This document shows positions 14,881 to 27,136 of a stretch of 29,483 bases of DNA, piece by piece. The notes below the pieces were generated by a model. The model ran no database searches. It had not been told where the DNA came from and worked only from the letters and a program-made list of their open reading frames with translations. The stretch is from Seison nebaliae. Taxonomy: Eukaryota. The position numbers were made by a program, and so were the translations under genes. Numbering within the stretch: the stretch's first letter is position 1; each line of letters begins with the position of its first letter. The stretch lies in assembly GCA_023231475.1 (NCBI GenBank), contig JALJEE010001503.1:62001-91483 (forward strand), given 5' to 3'.

Positions 14881-15007
14881 CATCATTATTATTATGGAAA
14901 TCATTCAAACTATTATCCAAACCGTCCAATTGTTTCTCATTTCTGATCATACTCCACTTGATGGGAGTATGTCGATGGAGACTCGATAAATTGTATTGAC
15001 GACTCAT
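11726..15007 (-). CDS. RALGPS: RalGPS-type Ral guanine nucleotide exchange factor (CDC25/RasGEF domain plus C-terminal PH domain), single exon, 1093 aa
   Basis: N-terminal CDC25 domain without a REM domain (VFDISKVSADDFASQMTLIDLPLF, APNIVIFTRRFN, LNNLHS, LQDLVYIDISYP, YFKLSLQLEP). A mid-protein NLIDDSVID motif, a C-terminal PH-like region (EGEVRKRCILK...RYWCVL...LLFY...EEWLKAL) and a terminal PENLINL are all RalGPS-like. Confidence 0.88.
12626..12704 (-). repeat. Coding minisatellite in RalGPS, three 22-nt copies encoding DIPI[I/N]NQ
   Basis: TTGATTAATTATTGGAATATCT at 12659-12680 and 12683-12704, plus a one-mismatch copy at 12626-12647. Confidence 0.9.
13908..13933 (-). repeat. (AAC)n coding microsatellite, poly-Asn in RalGPS
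   Basis: TTG run on the plus strand translates as SNNNNNNNNNG on the minus strand. Confidence 0.85.
14848..14894 (-). repeat. (AAT)n coding microsatellite, poly-Asn near the RalGPS N-terminus
   Basis: ATT run on the plus strand translates as HNNNDDNNNNNNNNNNS. Confidence 0.9.
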
Positions 15008-17553
15008 TTTCCTTTTTTTGAAAATAGAATTTTTCTTTCGTTTGAAAGTGAACCTTCAAAAAAATTAATTTTTTTGATCTTTGAACACTTCTTCTCCCGT
15101 TCAATTACGATGGAGTATCTCTCCCTATTGTTTATGGTGTTATTAGTGAACTGACAATTTTTCTTTCCTAATCTTTCTCCTTTCAGAAATGTAGAAGAAA
15201 TAAAAATAAGAAATTGTTTACATTAATTGAAGCGTCATTGTTCATCCTTATCATCAACTTCTCCGTTTTCTTTCTCCTTCGTACAAAAGAAAAACGGATC
15301 GAATATTAATTCCAAAATTCCCAATGTTTTCTTAACGTTCCCGAGACAGACGGGCTGGAGGAATGAAGTTGAAGGGGAGGAAGAAACTAATGAATTGAAG
15401 AGATAATTATTAATGAGAAAATCTGAGAAGGAGGAGAATATTATGAAGGACAATGTAAGAATGACAGATACTGATAATTCTCTTATTATTATTATTATTA
15501 TTTCTCTCTCTCTCTCTTCACATTAACTCAACGTGTTACCTTGTTAACGTACATTTCGATTCGATCACTTATTTTTTTTTCAACAATTTAAAATTCTTCA
15601 AATAAATCATTTATTACCAAATAAGAGAAAATAAATATTTTCTAATTATTCCCCCTCGAATTATCCTCGAATTAGACACCTTATATAAATACAGAATGAT
15701 AAAGTGAATAAAGGAAATTATTCATTGAAAAAGAAAAATTTAACAGTTCCATGAAAAATTTGAACGATGTGAAGAAATTATTATTAATAATTTAAAAAAT
15801 TTATCATTTACAATATCTTCCACTCCAACTAATTCGATTGGAATGTATTGGAAAGGAAAACAATAAAAAATAAAAGGTGGCACATACAAGACAGATAGAG
15901 GTTTTCGATCGCCAAAAACACAATTACATTATATAGAATTACTTTATTTATGTAAACATAATCTAATGTAATTTGAATAGATAAGAATCTTCAACCGATC
16001 ATCCATAAACATAAACATAAATGCGAATGCATCACCATAAAGACATTAGAGAATATTCCTTTTTTTTTGCACTTCATTCTCATCGCAAACCCACAATTCA
16101 ATTCAATTCATGTATCTTCCAACGAGACATATGAGATAAGCATTTCGTTCAAAGAAATACATTAATTCAATATCATCTCCATCATTCCAATGCATGTACA
16201 ATGGGATGGCGTATACGAATAACATCATTATTATTACTCATTCTTAGACTTGTATTAAGAAATCTCAAACTAATTTGTATGTAGAGAGATTGAAGTGAGG
16301 AGGAGATTGATTCACACAATATACGCATTCCCAGCTTACTCTCATCATAAGAATTATATATAAACTACATAAGAGATGAATGTAATGTGACTAGACATGA
16401 GGAAAAGAAAGAGGAAAGGATTAACCATCTCCCCTCGAAATATAAACATGATAATGAAAATGAATTATTTTAATAGATAAATATCTTTTATAAACGAAAA
16501 TTAATTGTAAAAGTTACTGTCTTTATAGACATATTTATAGAAAAAGAAATTATTTGATAAATATTAAAATGATAAAGTGAATAGAGAAATTGTCGAGCGT
16601 ATAACAAAACGGACAGAGAGAAAAATTAACTCTCTATCACATTTATCTCTTAACTGAAAGGGAGAAAAAGTATTAGTAAATAGTAAAAAATTCAAATTTT
16701 TTCTTCTTCAACTAATGTCTGAGATCGAACGATTTTCTCTTTGTCCAAAACCAACCACAACAAACATTTGGCTCAAGATTTGACATAATTTCAGAATTAT
16801 TTTCTTCGCCATTATCATTGGTCGATAACATGTGACTAAAAATCTACTAAACGTTGAACTTATAGTAACTATAATATAGTTTTTCATTTTGGGTAATAAG
16901 ATTTAATAAGATAATTTTTTTAGAGATATTTTTATCGAAACGTTTCCAATATCTCTGCTGGTTGGGATGGGGCGTGTGCATTGTAGACATTGTAGTTTAA
17001 ACTACATTCTTCCTCTCCCGAGGAGAGTAATGTAAGATAAACAGAAAAAATTCTTTTTGTCCATTGGATGGAAGTTTGTATGTTGTATGAAGTCTCTTCC
17101 ATTCAATTCTCTTGAACTTCCTTTATCTTTTATTTTATCTATAAACAACACTTCATTCCTACAAATGTGAAGATCACACTTCCTCAAACTAGTTCAAATG
17201 TTGAAGTAAACTCGTGTCTATGTTAGAAAGATTGTGTTAATGATACACGATTAGTTGACCTGAAACTACTAAATCAAAAAAAAAAGAAAAATTGTTAAGA
17301 AAGCATCATGTATTCCTAAATTATTCTTTGCACAATCTTTATCTTGAGGGGAGAGAAATATAAACATTTTACTTCCATCGCCTCCATTAGTAAACTCTTC
17401 ATCGACAAATTACTCGTGTGATGAATGGATGATTGAAAGAGTGATGAAAGAAGAAGAAATTTTTTCATTTATTCATTAAGAAAGAAGAAGAATGTCTGAA
17501 GAGTATTAAAATTAATAATTTTTTCAAAAATAAAATTTTCGTACGAATGCGAC

Positions 17554-18075
17554 CTATATCTGGATGCTCATCGACTCTTCTAAATTATCACGTAACGATT
17601 CTCCAACGACAGCAACGAATTCCTCGAATGAGATCATTCCATCTCCATCTTTGTCTGCATTGATAATCGTTTTGTCTACGATTTGTTGTAGTTGTGCGTC
17701 TTTCAAATTCGATCCAACCATCATTTTCAAGACCTGGAACAATTCGCCATTGCCAATGAATCCGTCTTTGTCCATATCATAAATTTTGAATGCGAATCTC
17801 AATTTATCCATTTTGTCTCCTTTCACACTGAACAAGGAGACACCTTCAATGAATTCTTTAAAATCAACTTCGCCATTTCCATCAGCGTCGAATATATCGA
17901 TCACTCTCGATACTAACGGATTATCGCTCAGTTCAGGTATAGCCAGAAATTCCTCACACGACAATGCTCCACTTTGATCTTTGTCCATCTTCTGGAAACG
18001 TCTACCAAGTCGACGGATTTCATCAGGTTCGAAATGGTTACACAACTCGACAGGAATTGATTGATCGGCTCCCAT
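17554..18075 (-). CDS. PPP3R1: Calcineurin B regulatory subunit (173 aa, intronless CDS)
   Basis: True start is the ATG at 18075 (MGADQS, a myristoylation-type G2...S6 motif). Four EF-hands; motifs [76 protein letters not shown] and [10 protein letters not shown]. Confidence 0.97.
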   Translation of the reverse strand: MGADQSIPVELCNHFEPDEIRRLGRRFQKMDKDQSGALSCEEFLAIPELSDNPLVSRVIDIFDADGNGEVDFKEFIEGVSLFSVKGDKMDKLRFAFKIYDMDKDGFIGNGELFQVLKMMVGSNLKDAQLQQIVDKTIINADKDGDGMISFEEFVAVVGESLRDNLEESMSIQI

Positions 18076-18076
18076 T

Positions 18077-18360
18077 CTGTTAAGAATTTCAAAGTGAAAT
18101 AATAAGATGTTTCGAAAGGAAATCAATAGGAATTAGAAAATGAATGAAATTCGACTTCTATTTTTTACTCGAATTTTTTTTTAACTTGTCCTATTTCATC
18201 TAATTGTGTGTTGGTCGAAAAGAAATATTTTTATTTCCGACTAAAGCATCTTAAAATCCTCTTATTTTCTAATTCAATTCAATGCCAAGTAGGTCGATTA
18301 GCCAATTTAATTTCCCCTACAATTTCCGACCGATCGACACACAAAATAAAAAAAACTTAC
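18077..18360 (-). other. Putative 284-nt 5'UTR intron of calcineurin B
   Basis: Minus-strand donor TAG|GTAAGT at 18360 and acceptor TTAACAG ending at 18077, one base before the ATG. No coding constraint is available to confirm it. Confidence 0.5.
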
Positions 18361-18548
18361 CTAAAATTTTCCCACAACAAATTTTTCGAGACACAACTCC
18401 CAACTGACGGAATATTTGCTCCAATCAACATGACAATTATTTACATGATTAACTTGATACGTATGTGTTAAAATCAGAGAAAGAAGACAATCATTTTTTA
18501 TTCGTCCGATAATCGTAAATTGATATTGTGGAAATGAGGAAAGAATGA

Positions 18549-18586
18549 GTCAAATAGTTTACTGTCAAATAGTTTACAGTCAAATA
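18549..18586. repeat. 15-nt tandem repeat GTCAAATAGTTTAC[T/A] x2.5
   Basis: Copies at 18549-18562 and 18564-18577, partial at 18579-18586, just downstream of the LRRCC1 stop. Confidence 0.85.
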
Positions 18587-18611
18587 ACAATTACAAAAGA
18601 GAAATAATAAG

Positions 18612-21586
18612 TTAAGTTAATTCTTTTAAATTTTTTATCAAATTTCTAATTTTCTCTTCGAATTCCTTCTTGTCTTTTTCCTTCTCACACAATATTTCTT
18701 TCATCTCGTCTTCCAACTTCTCCTTTTCTTCCTTTTGCATTCTAACCAAATTTCCCATGTCGTTCGAATGTTTCCTTTCACATTCCATTAATTGATCTCT
18801 GCAATTCCATCAAATGACAATTTCAGATAGAAACGATGAACAATTAACCTGCATTCATTATCAATCGAATTTAATTGACTCTTCAAATTCTCCTTTTCCT
18901 CCAACAACATCTTCTCTTTCGACGTCCATTTATCTTTTAAAAGCGAAATTCGAGAATCTGAAAAAAATAATTTAAAAATTTCAAATTTCATATATCAAAT
19001 TTCAAATTAACGTAATCCAGATATCATTTCTGATTTGGTCTTCCATTCCTCATTCATTTTTTCTTCTTTCTCTTTCCATTCATCTAATTGTTCGTTGAGT
19101 TGAACAATCTCATTTTTCAACAAATCTTTTCTTTCCTTCAAATGTTCTATAACGTCTTTATTTTGATTTAATTCGAATGTGAAATCATCACATTTTTTCA
19201 TTAATCGTCTTTCTTTATCTAATGATTCCATTTGTATCCTCTTCACCATATCATCTCGTTCCATTAACGATTCTTTCAATTTATTAATCGATTTAATTTG
19301 TTCTCCTAATTGTTTCCTGGTGAGATGATGAGATTCTGTTTCGCGTGATAAATCACGTTTCAATCCTTCGATTTCTGCCTTCATCGCTCCACGATCATGT
19401 GCTAAAGATGCGCCTTGTCTCGCTAATTCGCCACTCCAAATCTCCTTCTCTTTCACGAGTGCCTGATGTGCAGATTGAGAAGCGATTAAATCCGAACTCA
19501 ATTTGATATTTTTCTCTTCCAACAAACTCAATTTCGTTTTCAGTTCACTTTGTTTTAACATTGCCTCCTCATATTTGGTGGTTAATTGGGAGGTGATCGA
19601 TCGAGTTTCTTGACGACAATTCGAAGTTTCTTTCAATTTAATTTTCATATCTTTTATCACATCATTCAAATCATGAATAATTCGTTCACATTTCTCATTA
19701 TCTTCTTTTAGTCGTCTCAATTCGATTCGATTTGCTTCATTCAAACTCTTCAATTCTTCTACTTCTTTCTCTTTCATCTGATATCGATCCTCCTCTATTT
19801 GAAGAGCTAAACGAAATTCATTTTCGAGTGATTGATATTCATAATCTTTTCCATCTAAACGTCGTTGCAATTCGTCCGTTTGTCGGAGGAAGGAATCTTG
19901 AAGAATTTTTTTCTCTTCTTCAAATATCGACGTGATGGACGTTGGGCCTAATTTACTCAATTCTTCATTTTTTTTCAAACGTCTTTCCAATTCTTCTATT
20001 TTGAATTTATAATCACTTTCTAATTGTTGTTGTTCGAGTTTGTAGGAATTGAGTCGATCTTTCCATCGATCAATATCATCATCTTTTTTTCTCAATTGTT
20101 TATCGATTTTCACCGTCGCCTCTCTCAAACATTCTCGTTTTCTTTCTCGATCCAATTCTAATGATTCAGTATAATCTTTCAATTTATTTAAATCTTTTAA
20201 TAATTCTTTTTCTTTATTTTTCCTTTTATCAATCTCATTTTTTGAAAATATTTCATTCTCTTTCAATCGAGACATTTCGTACTTCAACTCGTTGAGACAT
20301 TTGTCGAGAAACGTCGTACGATTCTGTTCTCGTTCAAGTGCCACTTTCAAACGATTCAACGAATTCATCGTCATCATTTCCATCTGTTGATTCGACACAT
20401 TCTCATTTATCACTTTATCGATTTTCCTCTTCAACTCATCAATCGTCGTCTGAAGATGTTTCTTTTCACGTCTCTCATTCTCATAATCATTTAATAAATT
20501 CTAAAAAAAATAAAAATATTTTTTAAATTTTTTCAAAATCTTCAAAATTTATTCAACTTTATAATTTTCGTCATTTGCTATTTTCGATTTTATTGTCATC
20601 GATAACGGTTCTTCAATCACTATCGAATTCGTTGTTGATTCATTCACATGTTTATTTAAATTATTTTCACAATTCTTCGATAGTTTTTTATCACTTAATT
20701 CATTCAATTCATTCATGATTATTTTCGTTTCATTTTGACGTACTTGTTGTTCGTTGATAATTCTCAATAAATCTTTTATAACGGCTTGTCCAAATTGACA
20801 ATTATCTTCCATTTTATTACCCGTATCGATATTTAATAAATTCATATAATATTCTTCCATATTTTTTGGCTTATCATTATTCTTTTTATTTTCACTCTTC
20901 CAATTCTCGTTATTGATTTCCGTCGGTGATGGTTTTTTGACGGTTGATGATGAAACAATAGGATAATCAGCACAATCGAAATCATTCGATATTAAATCGA
21001 TATCTAATTCATTTACATCATTATTGAAATTGATTGAGACATTTTTATTATATTTATCATATTCGTCGATCGTTAACAGGAAGGACATCACTCGAAATAG
21101 AGTCGATCGATATGATAAATCATTTAAACATAACGGATTCTCACTCACCGATAAATGACGTAAACTTTTTATCTCCTTCAAATTTTTTATCAAATCGATC
21201 ATTTGTCGAATTCGATTGTTGTGGAGGAGAATCGTTTCTAATTGTCGTCCATCATAATCGGAGAATCCTGTCAAATTGTCGATCATATTGTGAGAAAGAT
21301 TCACCATTTTCAACCGTTTCAAACTCTTAATTCCATTGACATTCTTCAAGAAATTACCGGATAAATTTAACTCAATTAAATTCCTCAATTGATCCACATT
21401 TTCCATTTTTCTTATACAATTCGAAGAGAGATTTAATCGCTCCAAATCATCACAATTTTCTAATCCTTCAATTCTCTCAATAAAATTACTATGTAGATTG
21501 AGAGTTGTCACATTCTCATCAATATTCTTTATCGATTTTATCGATTTAATATTATTATTAATTCTTGTTATATTTTCATTACTCAT
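18612..21586 (-). CDS. LRRCC1: Leucine-rich repeat and coiled-coil centriolar protein LRRCC1/CLERC (about 937 aa, 4 exons)
   Basis: Exons 21586-20558, 20500-19012, 18957-18849 and 18798-18612. N-terminal SDS22-like LRRs (LNLHSNFIERIEGL, LNLSSNCI, ENPLC...YRSTLF) precede a long coiled coil with LRRCC1-type motifs LENEFRLALQIEEDRY, IWSGELARQGASLAHDRG and LEDEMKEIL. Confidence 0.88.
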
Positions 21587-22285
21587 TTTGTGTCTGATAA
21601 TTTGTGAGAAATAATAAATTTTTTCATTGATCAATTTGACTTTTCGAGATATTCGTGTACTTTCCCACTATGTCAAATTCAAGTGGTTACTATAGTGTGG
21701 GTCAAAGATTGAAGATGTTCCCTCACAAGACGTCTTTATGTACATACTACAGAAATGATTCTAATACAAAGCTCAATCTCAAAATTTCCTCTTTTTCAAA
21801 TGTCATTAATTTGCAACATCAACTATAATTGAACTTTGTTCAATATTGGAAATCGTATTTAACGTTATCTAATCATTTAACACAATAATTAACATTTAAA
21901 ACTTGATAATTTAAATAGTCTCCATTATACTTATGTTTTAAATATTTTTTTGATTTATTTTGAATTGTAATATAATATTCGTCCTAAACTCAACATTTAT
22001 CATTAATGTTCATCATAAGAACAATTGTCAAATTAATTTCTCCATTTTTATCGAATTAATATTATCTCATCTTATTATCATGATAAGTTCATAGTAAGTG
22101 TGAGATGAGAATGAGATGTTAATTTAATAAAAATAAATTGAAACGAGTTGAAAGAGAAATAAATATTTTTGGAGAAATTTCTCTCTGTATCTGTTAATGA
22201 GTGCGTAATTTGGAGAAATGAATTAAATTCTGTTAAATTCCAAACGAAACTTCTAAAAAAAAAGGAAATAAACATTCTATGAACG

Positions 22286-25200
22286 TCATTCTTGATTTTC
22301 ATCATCATCAGCATTCCTTTCATTTGCAGGTGGAGCGTTTCTCGAATTCATCTCATGTTGTTGTCCAATGACGTACAACATCATTCGTAACATGTTTGGA
22401 GGGAAACTGCGATGAGGTTGAGACATCGAGCACATATTTCGTTTGATTATCGCTAAAATTTTCTTCTCTTCCTCTTCAATTAACATCTCGTTCATTGTTA
22501 GATTAGTTGGTTCCCTTTCTTTTGATGGGAAATTGATATTTTCACAATTCTGATCTTTAATTTTCTCATTCATCGCCGTCCAAATGTAATAGACAGTTTC
22601 TATTCCACTAGAACAAAGAACTGAAAGAAAAATATTTAAAAAAAAAATGAAATATTTTCAAATCGAACATGGCAATGTTGGATGTGGTTGAATACAATTG
22701 ACCACATGTACATCTCCATTTACCGTCTTAATAATTCGACCGTCAGTTTTTCTCCAAAAAAATATTCTTCCACAATCACTTCCTCCAACAACGAAATTAT
22801 TTCCCCAGAAATGAACTTCTTTTATCTGAATTATTTAAAATAAAAATGAATTTATTTTCAAAATTTAAAAATCGAACCATCGTCCTCATATTTCGATGGC
22901 CGTAAAATTTTTTTATTAATTTCATTCTTCCGATATTATCGAACGAACATTCCTCCAGACGTTTAAGAGATGAAGTTGATTTTGATAATCGTCCTAAAAC
23001 TTTATCGGAATCTAATGTTCGTTGTGGTTTCCCTCGATAATTGAGAAGATTTTTCCAATTTAATAAATGAATTTTTCCCGATGAGAATGATACCAATAAC
23101 TCATCATGATTATCACGTTCACCAGGTAAATTTAAATTTTGTGAATTCTCTGAAAATCGAACACAGGTCGCACGATGAACTCCTTCGCCTATTGATAAAT
23201 AATCGGCATCATCATCATCTTCTTCATCTTCGTCGTCATCATCCAAATTCAAATTATGTAATGGTACTGGCCGATGATAATAGACATCTGAATTTACTAA
23301 ACTATCTCGATTAAATACCATCGGATCATAACTATGTTCCGATGATGAATCGGATGTTGATGATGGTCTTAATATCGAACTCGAATGGGTTGAGGCAGAA
23401 GACAAACCAGAAATGGTCCTTTCCCGTTGTGGAAATGATGCAAAATTCGCATATTCTGATGAAGTGGATCGTTCTCGATGAGGAAATGGTGAATAATTCC
23501 TATAGTCCGGTGAAGTTGATTGTTCTCGTTCTTCTTCTAATCTCTCATCATATGTATCTTGAGGAGGTGATTGACGAATATTTATTTCAAATTGTTCGTT
23601 ATCTTCCATCGAATGGATACTCACATCGTTATCCACTTCTAGTGTATTTTGTTGACCGATATCAGTTTCTAATGTTAATTGTTGGCTTATATCAGTCTCT
23701 AATGTGATTTGTTCATTCAAATTTTGATTTTCATCAATTCTCTTATTTTCATTTCGAGTTGTCAACGAATCAGTCGCTGACCAATATGAATCTTCTTCTT
23801 CACATTGCATGTCATTTTTATTCGTCATTTCCATATCTGTATTATCCCTTTCCGTTAAAGGATTATCGTCATTAGTCACAATCACATCGGTTGTTTGACT
23901 GACATCCGTCATGGGTCGATCAGATGGTAAATCATCTAAACTATCACTAGTCAATCTCATATAATTAGGAATGGGATAAAGTGAATGGAAATCTTCACAA
24001 TCCATATCAGATTCGTCACCATCTTCTGGATTGTTTGGAGTGGATGAAGAAGTGATATTGACAGGATCGGTATTTGTGAGGAAATTATGACGATTTTCTT
24101 CTTGGGAATTGCATGAGATGTCCGATCGGGGAGAGACGTTTGTATCAACAAACATTTCTTCATTCATCATTTCCACTCGTTGTTTTTTCGCTTCACTCGA
24201 TTGTTCTTCTGATTTCTTTTTTTCAAATGATATTTCACTTTTCTCCATATTTTCTTTCTCGTCATCTTTTCTCACTTTCTCACCAGGACGATAAATCGCT
24301 ACTAGACCATATGTGGCATCTTTTTTTTGAATGGACCAATCATTTATCCAATTATTCGCTTGGACATTGGATGTTGATCGTCCCAACATTCGTCGATCAT
24401 AAATCCGTATTGATGGATCGGACGAACCGATGGCAATATATTGCGCTTCTAACGGATGAATACTAAATGTTGTCACTCCACATTCCGCTTCCAATAGAAT
24501 ATGACGACGACAACCATCACTTCGAACTAAACCATCTCTCGATTGTTCCTTAAAATTTTTTCGATCTATTTCATTTAAAATTTTCTCTTGAAGAAATATT
24601 GATTGATTGAGCCATTTCTCTTTGCCGAATTTCGATTTAATGTTTCTCTTTTTATTAATATACATCTCATCTAATTTCTCCATTTCCACATCTTCGTCAT
24701 CAACAAAATCTTTATATTCGTTAACGGCATAATGGAATTCTGCGAGACGTTCTTGTTTCCAAAAATCGCTATATTGATCTGAAACTACTCGACGAATTCG
24801 ACTATTCTCAACACAATCCAATTTGACACCTAAATCGATTTCTTCTTTCGACATATTTTTTTTCTTCTTCACATATGCGTCACGGAATTGATAAAGAATT
24901 GAAAAAAATTTTTTATCAACTTCATCAACATTCCCATCATATTCTTCCATCAATTTCCATCTCAATTTATAAAACAAATTATTCTTTTTTGAATCATCCA
25001 TTATTAATATTTTATTTAATTTCTTCCATTCATCACTTTGACTCATTATTTCTTTATTGGATAATTCATTTGAATTCTCTTCCTCCAATTGAATCTCAGA
25101 GAATATGGCAGCATTTTTTAATGTTGATCTTCTCACCACCGTATCTTCGAATACATCAAATCGATAACATAAACAACTACTTGTTTCTCTCATATCATAT

Positions 25201-25904
25201 TCACGTACAGTTCCATCTCTTCCACATGCATAAAATAGAGAAGGAGTGGCTGATGATGTTGCCACTTCGAATCCTCCCTCCATTGTCAAACAGAAGAATG
25301 GAGAGAAACTTTGAAATTGTTCCTTCTTCATTCTCCTAGTATCATGACGTCCATCACCATTTAATGTCGATGACGAATATTCTTGTGCTAATTGGAGATC
25401 AGTCAAACAAATCATTCCATCAGCTGATAAAGAGACACAATTCTCTTCATTATATGGGAAGAATTTCGCACTGAAAATATTCGTATGATGTGGCGTCTTC
25501 ACATTAAATCGACATTTATTCAACCAAACATCCGTCACTACTAAACGTTGATCATCGGAACCAGAGAGAATATATCTTCCATCCGAATTCCATGAAACGG
25601 TATTGACACAACCGTTATGAACTTGGATAGAATTTTGACGGGCAAATCGTCTTACTAAATCTTCATCATCTTTAATGATGTTTGATAAATTCAAATTGAA
25701 ATTATTCGAATCGTTCAATCTCTTCAATTTTTTCGGCTGAATTCGATCGAATTCATTCGATATATATCTCGTACGTCTCATTCCATCCCAATAACAGAAA
25801 GGTAATTCTTTTGGTGATTCCTCGTCTTCCGTATAATGGAAGATCTTCCCTCTCACTCCCAAATTGACATGCTGTGGCACGTCACCAATCTCGTTTTCAA
25901 TCAT
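22286..25904 (-). CDS. DCAF6: DDB1- and CUL4-associated WD40 protein, DCAF6/IQWD1-like (about 1172 aa, 3 exons)
   Basis: Exons 25904-22878, 22825-22669 and 22620-22286. Motifs VHNGCVNTVSWN, ILSGSDD, NIFSAKF, IRIYDRRMLG, GHRNMRTM|IKE, GSDCGRIFFW, VVNCIQPHP, SSGIE and PPNMLRM fit DCAF6 better than DCAF8, DCAF5 or WDTC1. Confidence 0.82.
23410..23712 (-). repeat. Two coding tandem repeats inside the DCAF6 acidic insert (30-nt period x~3 and 51-nt period x2)
   Basis: QITLETDISQ/QLTLETDIGQ/QNTLEVD at about 23632-23712 and REQSTSPDYRNYSPFPH/RERSTSSEYANFASFPQ/RERT at about 23410-23530. Confidence 0.8.
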
Positions 25905-27136
25905 TGTGTCCCAATCTCAATCTCCTCTAATAACAACAAACAAATAGAAAGAATTAGAGAACTTCGAATGTTAAACTAAATTTAAACATATTAAAAAGAT
26001 TTTTCTTTTAAATTTACAAAAAATTCTTTGAAAAAATTCTAATTGTAAGGGAAGAATGTTACATGTGCAATTTGAATTCACCTTCCCAAACACAACGAAC
26101 ATAGAAAATGTTTTTATTCCGCTATTATTTCTTATTTATATATTAATCATTTTCTTATGTATCCCAATTATTAACAGAGCTAACTATTCTATCTTTAACA
26201 TCCTCCTACCATCCACCTTCCAATGAATAATCTACATAGTTTTTTTCTAATTCGATCCCAATAATATTTTTAATCGAATCAAGATCTTTTGTTATTATTG
26301 TCGGTCATTACGTCGATTCATTTATAAGTACACATATAATTCAACAACTCTTTTCTTATTATTCGATCAATCTTATTAATTGGAGAATTTTCATTAGCAG
26401 ATGAAATAGACTCATTTTCTAAGGAATCATTCCTTTCTACAAATTTCTATCGTGTCTTCGTATAATCAATTTTATTATTAAATGATTAATCAATGTAAAT
26501 CAATGTAATATGAATAAATGATACATAAAAAATGACGGAATAATACTGTAAAACGGTTGTATAAATAAAAACTGAAATCAAATTTATTTTCGATAAATCC
26601 GGATATATGTTAATTTTAGAGTATAATATTTAATTTTATGATCAGTTTAATTCACAATTAATTGTCAGATTTATCTGAGTTTTTAGAGTTCATTATACAA
26701 CTTCATCTTAAATTTTATTTAGACCTATCAAAAATAAAATGTTTATAATATATCGATTATATTTTTTCTAAAACTAGATATATTTTTGATAAATCCGAAT
26801 AAGGATCTTGGGATAAATCTTGGGATCTCTCCTAATTTATAGTCGTGTAGAATGAAATCTATAAAACATGCTCTAATTGTCGATCCTTCTAATTCTTCTT
26901 AAGATTCTATTGAAATTTTTTAAGTTTGCTTTTAATAAAATTAAAAAATTCAAATTTAATAAATATTCAAATATTAATGTTTTTCTTATACTAAAAAAAA
27001 ATTTTGAAAATTAAACGATATTTAATTCATTGAATTAATAAAATTACAACATTATTAACAATTTACACAGAACAAGAAAGATTTTTGTTATAGAATTAAG
27101 ATAAAATTTTAAATTAAATGAAGAAACTTATTAAAT

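Noticed and set aside
12074..14946. Many plus-strand ORFs with poly-C, poly-Y or poly-V opposite RalGPS
   Set aside because: Produced by antisense reading of trinucleotide repeats and biased codons.
18076..18126. 17-aa N-terminal extension of calcineurin B in the ORF track
   Set aside because: It starts at TTG and would bury the myristoylation glycine. The same TTG-start artefact extends LRRCC1 from 21586 to 21634.
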